Source: Pirellulales bacterium (GTDB taxonomy: Bacteria > Planctomycetota > Planctomycetia > Pirellulales > UBA1268). From it: a stretch of DNA of 64,000 bases. Every line of letters starts with the position of its first letter. The first letter of the stretch is position 1. Below the pieces are notes generated by a model, which saw only the letters and a program-made list of their open reading frames with translations, was not told where the DNA came from and ran no database searches. Of the stretch, positions 28,113 to 37,505 are shown in pieces. The position numbers were made by a program, and so were the translations under genes. The stretch spans positions 33,302 through 97,301 of the forward strand of contig JADHSL010000004.1 of assembly GCA_016776925.1 (NCBI GenBank). Direction: 5' to 3'.

Positions 28113-29174
28113 TTAAATTTTGCTGGCAGCGTCTTGAATCATTCCGACATAAACTGAAAAAACCCTGAAAATCACAAGTATCACGAGGCCCGCGACAAAA
28201 AGCCAGACGCCACCGCCTGCCGCTTTTGCTGCAGCCTCGAACCCTTTTCTTGAATTATCGGCAAATTGATCACTCAGTCTTCCAAGAACCTCTGAAACTG
28301 TTCCAGATTCTTCGCCAACCGCCAAACCTTCGACCAATGCTGGTGGAAAACGATGCGTCGCGTGGAGTGCTTCGGTAAGGGTATCTCCAGAAAGTAGCCT
28401 TTCATTTACCCAGTGGGGGTCAATTGCCAGACCTGGAGCTACCGAACCACCGAGTGAAACAAGCTTGCCTGCATCAAGTCCGGCACCTGCGGCCAACGAT
28501 GCGGCCTGACTCCAGGCAGCTGCTTCGCCATCTCGAGCAGCTGGTCCAATGAGTGGTAGCCGAGTAATGAATCCACGAATCAAACCATGTGATCTCCACC
28601 CAATAAGGACGAATCGAAAGACAAATATCAAAATACCGCACAGTAAAAAAAGGAGGACTCCATACATTTTGAGTCCTGACATGCCAACAAGACCAAGACC
28701 AATGAAATCGAGTGATTTTCCTCTCTCCAGTTCAATCATCCCACTGATGAGAATAAGCAGCCCAACAACTAATAGCGCGAGTACGAACTGAACTCCCGGC
28801 AGGATGAGACTCGAACGAAGATGCGATGTAGTTTCTACTCTATGATTGATTACGCGAGATAACTCTTTCAGCGTTTCAGCATCTTTCCCTGTTTGATCAC
28901 CGACAGCTACCATTCCAACCACCAGCGGAGGGAATAGTCCTGTGTGAGCAAGCGCATCAGAAAGCATCTCTCCCTTATCAATTATCCGTGTTCCCAGAGA
29001 TAGCTGTGGTCGCCAACGAGCAGGCATTCGCTTGACTTCACTTGCCCAGGCTTTCCGTAAATCAACACCTACTCGAAGCGTTATCGCCAATCGTCCAAGT
29101 AAATCTGCCTGTAACCGAGCCGGCAGCTGTCGGCTCACGAGGCGTCTTGTCGCGTTTTGTGGTAACTCACGCAT
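28113..29174 (-). CDS. Type II secretion / type IV pilus platform protein F-family (GspF/PilC-like)
   Basis: Two T2SSF repeats are present: GEMLSDALAHTGLFPPLVVGMVAVGDQTGKDAETL and GDTLTEALHATHRFPPALVEGLAVGEESGTVSEVL. They are separated and followed by TM segments. Confidence 0.75.
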   Translation of the reverse strand: MRELPQNATRRLVSRQLPARLQADLLGRLAITLRVGVDLRKAWASEVKRMPARWRPQLSLGTRIIDKGEMLSDALAHTGLFPPLVVGMVAVGDQTGKDAETLKELSRVINHRVETTSHLRSSLILPGVQFVLALLVVGLLILISGMIELERGKSLDFIGLGLVGMSGLKMYGVLLFLLCGILIFVFRFVLIGWRSHGLIRGFITRLPLIGPAARDGEAAAWSQAASLAAGAGLDAGKLVSLGGSVAPGLAIDPHWVNERLLSGDTLTEALHATHRFPPALVEGLAVGEESGTVSEVLGRLSDQFADNSRKGFEAAAKAAGGGVWLFVAGLVILVIFRVFSVYVGMIQDAASKI

Positions 29175-29323
29175 GCTTTATTCTCGCCTGAAGGGGTTAG
29201 AATATCGACAAACAGACACTCCCTGCTCACAAGGAGGTGCACATCTGGTAAAACTCGGAGGGTGTTTACTGAGTAAATGAATTACTGCCCCTACGACATT
29301 TTTGCACAAATCTACATTTCATT

Positions 29324-30175
29324 ATGACTGCCCAATGGGACACGGTCACGATCGTTGGAGTTGGCCTTATCGGAGGATCAGCTGGTCTTGCTCTCGCCAA
29401 ACGAGGAGCCGCAAAAAAAATCATAGGTGTCGGTCGGTCGGACAGCTCCTTAGAAGCTGCTAAAGAACTCGGTGCCATCAGCGAAGGTACCACAAACATT
29501 CGCGAGGGTGTGGCAGATGCTGACTTCGTTCTGGTAGCGACTCGGGTGAGTGTTATTGGAAATCAACTGGAAGAAATAGACACATGTGTTCGCCCTGGCA
29601 CACCTATCACAGATGCTGGCAGCACAAAACAGTCAATTGTTGACCGCTGGGAGCAAAGCCGATCTTCTCGCAAAGGTCGATTTGTTGGGAGCCATCCTCT
29701 TGCAGGAAGTCACAAACGTGGCCCACAAGCGGCAGACCCTGCCCTTTTTGAAGATAAACTGACCGTTCTTACTCCAGTAGAATCTACTCCGCAATCAGAT
29801 ACTCAATCCATCTCTGCTTTTTGGCAACTGATTGGTGCTCAGGTGTGCCACCTTTCACCGTCTGAACATGACCGGCTCCTTGCCTCTGCGAGCCATGCAC
29901 CTCATATTGTTGCTGCTGCACTGGCTGCGGCAACACCTCGTGAAGCCCATCGTTTCACTGCTGGAGGCTGGCGAGACACCACCCGCATAGCAGCTGGTGA
30001 CCCTGACCTGTGGGCTGACATATTGCTCGATAACGCCAAGGCTGTCACCGCACAAATAGAAAACTTCTCACAGGTATCTGATCAATTGCAGCACGCAATC
30101 GAAGAAGGCGACCGACCCACACTCATCAAATTATTAACTCTCGCTAAGGAAAGCCGTGATGCTCTGGGAAGTTGA
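29324..30175 (+). CDS. tyrA: Prephenate/arogenate dehydrogenase
   Basis: It has the Rossmann motif IVGVGLIGGSAGLAL, then GSHPLAGS and a C-terminal dimerisation helix region. Confidence 0.85.
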   Translation: MTAQWDTVTIVGVGLIGGSAGLALAKRGAAKKIIGVGRSDSSLEAAKELGAISEGTTNIREGVADADFVLVATRVSVIGNQLEEIDTCVRPGTPITDAGSTKQSIVDRWEQSRSSRKGRFVGSHPLAGSHKRGPQAADPALFEDKLTVLTPVESTPQSDTQSISAFWQLIGAQVCHLSPSEHDRLLASASHAPHIVAAALAAATPREAHRFTAGGWRDTTRIAAGDPDLWADILLDNAKAVTAQIENFSQVSDQLQHAIEEGDRPTLIKLLTLAKESRDALGS

Positions 30176-33125
30176 TGTACACCTCCGTCAGAATGATACT
30201 ACTGCTCAAGACCTCGTTACTGCTGCAAACGAACTCGGTTTCGATATTCACGCAGCTCATGCCGCTACTGGTTGGCTCATTGAGGGAGACATGGACCTCG
30301 ACGAGGTTCGAAGAATAGGGAAACGGCTCTTTACAGATCCGGTAACGGAAGTCTGTAGGGTGGCAAAAGTCGGAGAAGCAGAATTGGTTTCAACGCCCCC
30401 CGGCGCACAAGAGACTGATAATCTCATTTTCCATGTTCTCCCCAAACCGGGTGTGACTGATCCCGCCGCAGAAAGTGCCAAAGAAGCGATGGCACTGCTT
30501 GGAGTCAATGCAACGGCAGTTCGTAGTCTTAAGAAATACTGGGTGCCCACGGAATGCATGACATCAGAACAAATTGCAGAAACTGCCTGGAAACGACTTG
30601 CCAGCGAAGCCATTCATGAAGTTGTTATCGGCCCACTAACGCTTTCCCGGCTGAGTGGCGGCAGCAGGTGGGAACTGAAGCGAGAGCAAGTGCAACTCAA
30701 TGGACTGAATGATTCTGAACTTGAAGAATTAAGTCGCCGACAGTGCCTTGCTCTCACAGCAAAAGAATTGCATGCGGTGCGTGAACACTTCAATGGCCTT
30801 GGCCGAGAACCGTTCGAGATAGAACTCGAAACAATCGCCCAGACATGGAGTGAGCATTGTTGCCACAAAACTCTTGGGAGTCCCGTAGACCATATTGGAC
30901 CTGATGGTGAGTTTCGATATGACAACTTACTCAAAGAAACGGTTTTTGCCTCAACCGAAACCATCCGAGAGCAGCTTGGGCCAGACGACTGGTGTGTCAG
31001 TGTCTTTCGAGATAATTCCGGAGTTGTTCGCTTTGATGGTGACCACGATATCTGCGTCAAAGTCGAAACTCATAATCATCCTTCCGCTATTGAACCATAC
31101 GGAGGTGCTGCGACTGGTCTTGGTGGCGTAATCCGGGATGTGCTTGGCACCGGACATGGTGCAAAGCCACTTGCAAATCTAGATGTCTTCTGCGTGGCCC
31201 CGTTGGACACACCCGCGAAAACAATTCCACCTGGGAGTATTCCCCCAAAAAAATTACTCCATGGAGTTGTTGCCGGTGTACGAGATTACGGCAATCGAAT
31301 GGGCATCCCAACCATTGCTGGGGCAGTCGCATTTCATCCTGGGTACCTAGGAAATCCCCTCGTTTTCTGCGGTACAGTAGGACTCATGCCCCGTGATTCT
31401 GCGGATGGCCGTGTTGAACCCGGTGATCTCGTGGTTGTTGCCGGTGGCAGAACAGGCCGTGACGGCATTCACGGCGCAACGTTCTCCAGCATTGAGCTTT
31501 CAAGTGAAAGTGAAAACCAATCGGGCGGATCAGTTCAGATCGGTCATGCTATTCACGAAAAAACGGTTACCGATTTCGTATTAGCTGCATCTGAAGAACA
31601 TCTTTTTCATGCCATTACAGATTGTGGCGCAGGAGGGTTGTCGAGTGCCGTCGGGGAAATGGGAGCTGAACTAGGTGCCGAGGTAGATCTGGAAAAGGTA
31701 CCTTTGAAGTATGATGGTCTTTCAGCCACCGAGGTGTGGATTTCGGAAGCGCAGGAGCGAATGGTGCTTGCCGTTTCTCCTTCAGAATGGCCACGTCTTG
31801 CAGAAGTTGCCCGACTCGAAGGCGTTGAAGCAACACCTATCGGCACATTTACTGGAAACGGTCAACTGGCCCTTCGGTGGAACGGTGAACATGTTGGTGA
31901 CCTCAATTGTCATTTTCTTCATGAGGGCCGGCCACGAGAGCGGCTCCAATCCAAATTTACACCGCCACAGAACCTTCCTGTTCGCTGGTCACTCGATGAT
32001 GAAAACTTTGAAACTGTACTACTTGAACTACTTCGGTCCGAAGATGTAGCCAGTAAGGAATGGATCATTCGGCAGTACGATCATGAAGTTCAAGGAAAAA
32101 GTGTTCTCAAACCATTACTGGGACCAATGGGTGGACCGGCTGACGCTACGGTGATACGCGGAGTTTTAGGCCGACCAAGAGGCATCCTGATAGGCATCGG
32201 TCTTCGGCATCACCTTGGAACCATCAATCCATTTGAGATGGCTGTTGGAGGGATTGTGGAAGCTGTTTCGAACTGCATAGCATCCGGAGCTGATCCAGAG
32301 CGAATTGCGTTGCTTGATAATTTTTGCTGGGGTGACTGCCGACGACCAGATTCACTTGGAACACTCGTAGAAGCATGTCGTGGTTGCTATGAAGCAGCAG
32401 TGACGCTCAGAGCTCCATTCGTAAGTGGTAAAGACAGCCTCAACAATGTCTTCACGTGGAAAGACGATGCAGGCGCCATCAAAGAGCAATCAATACCACC
32501 CACTTTACTTGCCACAGCAATCGGTCAGATAAATGATGTAAGTCTGTGCGTTTCATCAGATCTTAAACGAGCGGGCAATCGGATTGCTATTGTTGGGATT
32601 TCAACAACGGAACTTGGCGGCAGTCAACTTGCTGTTATTCGCCGAATCACGGGAGGTGATATCCCCAAAGTAGACTTCAAAAACTGCCGGGAAGCTTTCA
32701 AAAGCATCTACGATCTAAACCAGCAGCGACTCCTTGCGTCGTGTCACGATCTATCCGACGGAGGGCTAGGAGTAGCGCTCGCTGAAATGGCTATTGGCGG
32801 TGGTTTAGGCGCCGACATCAACCTGGCAAAGGTACCACTCCGTGATACTGGCAACCTGGCACAACACGACGACATCATGAGTTTACTATGCGTTGCCTGT
32901 GCTGAAACTCCAGGGCGATTTTTAATAGAAGTCAAAGAAGAGGATGCCACAGAAGTGGACCAAATACTGCGCGGGAGTACGTGGTCGTGGATTGGCCATG
33001 TCACCGACGACAACTTACTTACAATTCGCTGCGGTGAAAATTCGGTTGTCACCCAAACATTGATTCACAAACTTGCAACTGCCTGGCGAGAGCCAAGTAC
33101 TGCTCAAACACACGGCAAGTCCTAA
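30159..33125 (+). CDS. purL: Phosphoribosylformylglycinamidine synthase subunit PurL with two N-terminal PurS-like repeats (PurS-PurS-PurL)
   Basis: PurL core motifs are present: WSEHCCHKT, ETHNHPSAIEPYGGAATG, and GRDGIHGATFSS. About 165 aa lie upstream of the core. The ATG at 30159 (GTG at 30156) overlaps the tyrA stop. Confidence 0.9.
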   Translation: MLWEVDVHLRQNDTTAQDLVTAANELGFDIHAAHAATGWLIEGDMDLDEVRRIGKRLFTDPVTEVCRVAKVGEAELVSTPPGAQETDNLIFHVLPKPGVTDPAAESAKEAMALLGVNATAVRSLKKYWVPTECMTSEQIAETAWKRLASEAIHEVVIGPLTLSRLSGGSRWELKREQVQLNGLNDSELEELSRRQCLALTAKELHAVREHFNGLGREPFEIELETIAQTWSEHCCHKTLGSPVDHIGPDGEFRYDNLLKETVFASTETIREQLGPDDWCVSVFRDNSGVVRFDGDHDICVKVETHNHPSAIEPYGGAATGLGGVIRDVLGTGHGAKPLANLDVFCVAPLDTPAKTIPPGSIPPKKLLHGVVAGVRDYGNRMGIPTIAGAVAFHPGYLGNPLVFCGTVGLMPRDSADGRVEPGDLVVVAGGRTGRDGIHGATFSSIELSSESENQSGGSVQIGHAIHEKTVTDFVLAASEEHLFHAITDCGAGGLSSAVGEMGAELGAEVDLEKVPLKYDGLSATEVWISEAQERMVLAVSPSEWPRLAEVARLEGVEATPIGTFTGNGQLALRWNGEHVGDLNCHFLHEGRPRERLQSKFTPPQNLPVRWSLDDENFETVLLELLRSEDVASKEWIIRQYDHEVQGKSVLKPLLGPMGGPADATVIRGVLGRPRGILIGIGLRHHLGTINPFEMAVGGIVEAVSNCIASGADPERIALLDNFCWGDCRRPDSLGTLVEACRGCYEAAVTLRAPFVSGKDSLNNVFTWKDDAGAIKEQSIPPTLLATAIGQINDVSLCVSSDLKRAGNRIAIVGISTTELGGSQLAVIRRITGGDIPKVDFKNCREAFKSIYDLNQQRLLASCHDLSDGGLGVALAEMAIGGGLGADINLAKVPLRDTGNLAQHDDIMSLLCVACAETPGRFLIEVKEEDATEVDQILRGSTWSWIGHVTDDNLLTIRCGENSVVTQTLIHKLATAWREPSTAQTHGKS

Positions 33126-33136
33126 GGAAAATTTGT

Positions 33137-33916
33137 ATGCTTTCCCCTCGTGCTCTCATTCTTCGTGGCCCTGGTACGAATTGTGACCAAGAAACCGCTT
33201 ACGCCTTCGAGCGTGCCGGCGGTCACACAAAACGCATACACGTTCAGGCACTCGCCCAGTCCCCTTCTCTTCTCGATGATTTCCAGATTTTCTGTATCCC
33301 TGGTGGCTTTTCGTATGGTGATGATATCGCCAGCGGACGAATCCTCGCACTTGAATTGACCGTACGTCTTGGTGATACACTCCGTCGTTTTCACGAGAGG
33401 GGGGGGCTTGTTCTCGGAATTTGCAACGGCTTCCAAGTACTCTTGCAAACGGGACTGCTCGCCCCCGATTGTAGATCTGGCCACCGAACTGCCACGCTTG
33501 CACGGAATGCCTCCGGGAGATTTGTTGACTGTTGGGTGCAATTACAAGCCATCCCAGGAAACTGTGTCTTTCTTCGTGGCCTGGAACATTTTGAATTACC
33601 TGTTGCCCATGCCGAGGGACGATTCACCACTGCAGACAAAACATCTCTCCAACAACTCGACGCAGGTGGCCAATTCGTGCTTCGCTATGCCAACAACAGA
33701 GATGGACAGCAGACCAACCCAAATGGCTCGGAGCAAAACATAGCTGGCATGTGCGATGCAACAGGCCGAATCTTCGGCCTTATGCCACACCCAGAACGCT
33801 TCATTGAAGCGACACAGCACCCCGCCTGGGCAGGCCGACTTGACCCTCATGCTGATGGTGCTGGCTTAACATTTTTCCGCAATGCCCTGCGTGTAATAGG
33901 AAAAGATTTAGGTTGA
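33137..33916 (+). CDS. purQ: Phosphoribosylformylglycinamidine synthase glutaminase subunit PurQ
   Basis: It carries the class I amidotransferase triad motifs GICNGFQVL, HAEGRF and MPHPER. It starts 11 nt after purL. Confidence 0.9.
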   Translation: MLSPRALILRGPGTNCDQETAYAFERAGGHTKRIHVQALAQSPSLLDDFQIFCIPGGFSYGDDIASGRILALELTVRLGDTLRRFHERGGLVLGICNGFQVLLQTGLLAPDCRSGHRTATLARNASGRFVDCWVQLQAIPGNCVFLRGLEHFELPVAHAEGRFTTADKTSLQQLDAGGQFVLRYANNRDGQQTNPNGSEQNIAGMCDATGRIFGLMPHPERFIEATQHPAWAGRLDPHADGAGLTFFRNALRVIGKDLG

Positions 33917-33991
33917 CCTCGAACATCTATTCTTCCTACTCTCTTCTCCCCAACTGTTCCCTTTCCTCAATCTCTTGCTGTCGGGCACGTC

Positions 33992-34927
33992 ATGGATACT
34001 CGGAGTCACACTTCCGTTGTCTATCTACAAACTCTGACCACTTTCGTATTGATATTTTTGGTGACCAGTGGTTGCCAAACACCGTTTGTCAATAGTTTTC
34101 TGACAACAGTATCAACTGAAGATCTTGAGGAGCAGTTCAGTGGCGTTTCGGATTTGTCGGTTTCCAGCAGCCATCTTGAAACTATTCCTCTCGAGTTCAC
34201 CTTCTTACGCTATGCTGAAGAAGATATCGAACTAGGTGATGAGCTATGGAACATTATTGATGAACAATGTTTACCAACAAGCCTTCGCCATCGGCTCAAT
34301 GGAAATGGCATACGTGCTGGTGTCATTCGTGGCGACATTCCCGCCGCACTAGCTAAACGATTTTCTAGTACCTTTGACACTACTCAGGGTGAGGCTGACG
34401 ACAGCCCTCTAGTGGCTGACAGAACAGTTGTAAAACGCGTGATTCAAACACTTCCTGGTCGTACAAATGAAATTGTTTCAACTCCACGACTTGCAGAATT
34501 AATCCTCTTAGAACATGACAGTCGGTCAACTGTCGATACTGTGTCGGGGCAAACCTACAGAGATGCTAGCGCAATATTTGACGTCCGTGCGACTCCATCC
34601 GCTGATGGAGGAATTGAGATTAAACTCATACCGCTCATTCGGCACGGGCCTATTGAACGCAACTGGACTGGAGATGACGGCGCCTTTCGTCTTGAAGCCG
34701 GCCAACGTAAAACCGTTATGAATAAGCTGGAATTAAAACTACACCTGCCGGCGGATGGCACACTTGTTCTTTCATCTGTTGGCCCTCCCTCTTCCGGATT
34801 GGGTGACGCTTTCTTTCGTGACCCTCAAGGTCGACATGAAGGACGCAGACTCCTAGCCATACGATCGATGACAAGAACAGTTGACCCAATGTTCTCTGAA
34901 GGTTCGGTGATCCATTCTCGAGACTGA
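33992..34927 (+). CDS. Putative lipoprotein with a secretin-like C-terminal domain (mini-secretin)
   Basis: It has a hydrophobic leader ending ..LVTSGC. The segment STPRLAELILLEHD...FDVRATPSADGGIEIKLIPLI...GTLVLSSV...LGDAFFRD...RRLLAIRSMTRTV follows the pattern of the Secretin (PF00263) beta-domain, as recalled from memory. Confidence 0.45.
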   Translation: MDTRSHTSVVYLQTLTTFVLIFLVTSGCQTPFVNSFLTTVSTEDLEEQFSGVSDLSVSSSHLETIPLEFTFLRYAEEDIELGDELWNIIDEQCLPTSLRHRLNGNGIRAGVIRGDIPAALAKRFSSTFDTTQGEADDSPLVADRTVVKRVIQTLPGRTNEIVSTPRLAELILLEHDSRSTVDTVSGQTYRDASAIFDVRATPSADGGIEIKLIPLIRHGPIERNWTGDDGAFRLEAGQRKTVMNKLELKLHLPADGTLVLSSVGPPSSGLGDAFFRDPQGRHEGRRLLAIRSMTRTVDPMFSEGSVIHSRD

Positions 34928-35089
34928 CAAAATGGGTAATTCTGGAGGTCCAACGGGTTTTCTTTTTGGTGAATTGGTTCGAACGTGACATTTATGCCGA
35001 TACCATTTTCGTAGGTAGTTCTCATTTCGTCAGTCAAAGACCCATATGAGAACCGTCTCTCTGACTGTCACTGAATTTCAAGAGTTCTG

Positions 35090-36979
35090 GTGAACAAGAA
35101 CTCTTTCGGCTCACAAGGCAAAGTAATGAGTAGCAACGGCCCAAAAAAATCCAAGACTACAACGCTGCAACGACCTAAAGCGAGTACCGTTTTTGCTGCT
35201 GCTTTTCTTGCCGGTGCAGCTGCTGCAGTTGGTGTGAATCGTGCTTTGGATGTCCACATGGCTCAAAACGTACCTCAGGTAGAAAGTGAATCGATTTTTG
35301 TTGCTCTTCGATCACTGCCTAAAGGTTCGCCTGTCACGATCTATGACGTAGCCCTCCGTGATTGGCCAGTCGCCATGCTTCCGGCAACTGCATTACGGTC
35401 TGACTCAACGTTTGACGGAGTCGTGCTTCGCCACCCACTCCGTGAGGGCCAGCCTATTCTTTCTCTTCAAATTGCCAAAGTTTCTCCTGAACCACAGCAT
35501 CAAATTGCAGCTTTAACGCAAGCAACACAAAGAATAAATCGACCGCAAAGAACATCTGCTCCCGCTTTTATCCCCTATCATGCCGCGCCGCCAATACCAG
35601 CGACACTAGCATCTACCCAAAAGCCGATGGCAGAGCATGCTGCAAAAGATTTTAAGTCACAGGTTCCGGCAACGAAACAATCAGAGCCTGACAGTGAACC
35701 GAAGGTTGAAGAAAATACTCCTGTTGAGGAATTTGTATCAGTCGAATCGACTCCGGTCCCAGTACAATCGAACAAGGTTCAAGGTACCCTGCCTGCCCCG
35801 GTTCAAAAACAAGAACGTGATACTACAGGAGATGATCTTGCACTCACAGAATCACCAGTTGCAAATGAACCGGACCACACAGAGCCACTCCGTCAAGAGG
35901 TTCCATCTGCATCCGAAGACATAGCCATGAAATCGGCTGATATGGTCGAAGAGAACGGCAACGAGATTGAAGACCCAGAAAAAATCACTCTTGTTGAAAC
36001 GAAAAAAGAGCAACATGCTTCAACATCCAGCATAGAGTCTGACAACAATTCCTTAACGCAAACGGCTGAGATTCCTGATGGAAAGGTTACAGTCACAGCA
36101 ACCGAAGGAAACCCTCTTTTAGTAACAACTGGGGAAGAAAATCCTGTCAAGCAAGAATCCGCACCCGAGCAGGCACTCGCAACGACGACTGATACTGCTG
36201 TCTCTCAACAAACGGATATGGTTTCAGCAAGTACCAATAATGAGAATTCCTTAGACACCGACACAACTCCTTCGAAGAACCCTACTCTGGCTCCACCATC
36301 GGTTGAACCTGTAGATATAACACAGTCAATTTTAGCCGAAGCAGAAACGCGAAAGACCGCCCCGCAAGAAGCCCCCCAAGAGACTTCTGTTGCCGCCCTA
36401 CCACCAAAGCGTGCACCAACAGTTGCACAAGATACATCTACTGAGGGAGGGTCGGCAACAACAAAGGCAAGCCCACAGACAATGAGATACCTCGTTGTTC
36501 CAGAGCGGATCGCAGTTCAGGTTGATCATGCTTTCACTAGCCCACAACAAGTGGCACCACCTACTCGTTCAGCCAAAACAGCAACTCCTGCCCAAGGTAA
36601 TAATGTTCAGCCACTTCCAAAGACAACGGCGGCACGAACAAGATCATCTCAACAGACTGTTCTTAAAAATCGCCAGTCACCAAATGCAACGCCTCCACTG
36701 CGGGCCACAGCAGGAAATCCGCCACGCCCGCAACGGAACTCAAATAGAGAAGGTTCGAGCCAGATTGCAGCTCGTGAATCCAACAACGAGACTTCAAAAG
36801 AGCCCACACTTCGATCATTTTTTCCAAACATTTCAGCTGGATTGAGTGCTATGGGGCAAGAGTGGCGGGAATTACGATATGGCACAGAAACACCCGAAGA
36901 GACTCCAAATAGCAGGCAGGCAAAGCAGAATGGGCCAAGTCAGCAGCGATCTGCTTCACGCCCTCAACAATCAAGGTAA
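35090..36979 (+). CDS. CpaB/RcpC-like SAF-domain membrane protein with a long disordered Pro/Thr/Ser/Gln/Glu-rich tail
   Basis: 629-aa ORF with a basic N-terminus and one TM (VFAAAFLAGAAAAVGV). The SAF-like module reads IFVALRSLPKGSPVTIYDVALRDWP...LREGQPILSLQIAKV. About 500 aa of low-complexity sequence follow. Confidence 0.55.
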   Translation: MNKNSFGSQGKVMSSNGPKKSKTTTLQRPKASTVFAAAFLAGAAAAVGVNRALDVHMAQNVPQVESESIFVALRSLPKGSPVTIYDVALRDWPVAMLPATALRSDSTFDGVVLRHPLREGQPILSLQIAKVSPEPQHQIAALTQATQRINRPQRTSAPAFIPYHAAPPIPATLASTQKPMAEHAAKDFKSQVPATKQSEPDSEPKVEENTPVEEFVSVESTPVPVQSNKVQGTLPAPVQKQERDTTGDDLALTESPVANEPDHTEPLRQEVPSASEDIAMKSADMVEENGNEIEDPEKITLVETKKEQHASTSSIESDNNSLTQTAEIPDGKVTVTATEGNPLLVTTGEENPVKQESAPEQALATTTDTAVSQQTDMVSASTNNENSLDTDTTPSKNPTLAPPSVEPVDITQSILAEAETRKTAPQEAPQETSVAALPPKRAPTVAQDTSTEGGSATTKASPQTMRYLVVPERIAVQVDHAFTSPQQVAPPTRSAKTATPAQGNNVQPLPKTTAARTRSSQQTVLKNRQSPNATPPLRATAGNPPRPQRNSNREGSSQIAARESNNETSKEPTLRSFFPNISAGLSAMGQEWRELRYGTETPEETPNSRQAKQNGPSQQRSASRPQQSR

Positions 36980-36998
36980 ACGTGTAAGCTATCTTTCA

Positions 36999-37505
36999 TC
37001 AGGATGAACGGACAAGTCCGGAAATACCGATGAGCCCACACGCAGCTCCAACTCCGCTCAGGAGTAGCAGCACCCAGGAAGCCCCCTGCTTTAAATACGT
37101 CCGCTGAGCGTATTGTTTTTCAACAATCCATTGGGGGCGCTCCACTGTTGCTTTGGAAAAATGGTTTTTCCACGCATCGTAAATCTCAGCGTTCGTTTTC
37201 TGCATCATTTGCTTACGAATGGCCGCGGCTTGGACTGGCGATTGAGTCGGTAAACGAAGCCATGCACCAGCTGCCATAAATAGGACACAACCTACAAAGC
37301 CAAGAAGAACAAGGCCCTTCGAGCTATTCCACGCCGGGCGACCACCGACCTCAGGTTCTTCGACCAGTGGAAGCCTTGATAATTCGCCAAATTTAGGTAC
37401 CGCAAGGCGATTACCACACCTACTACATACAATCTCCCCACCAGCTTGCCCAGCACGAACGGGCACCATTTCGCCACAATGACAGGTTAATTGATATTCT
37501 TTCAC
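36999..37505 (-). CDS. Zinc-ribbon membrane protein, function unknown
   Basis: 168-aa ORF. The N-terminal C-x-C...C-x2-C ribbon (CHCGEMV...CSRCGNRL) is followed by two TM segments. Confidence 0.55.
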   Translation of the reverse strand: MKEYQLTCHCGEMVPVRAGQAGGEIVCSRCGNRLAVPKFGELSRLPLVEEPEVGGRPAWNSSKGLVLLGFVGCVLFMAAGAWLRLPTQSPVQAAAIRKQMMQKTNAEIYDAWKNHFSKATVERPQWIVEKQYAQRTYLKQGASWVLLLLSGVGAACGLIGISGLVRSS

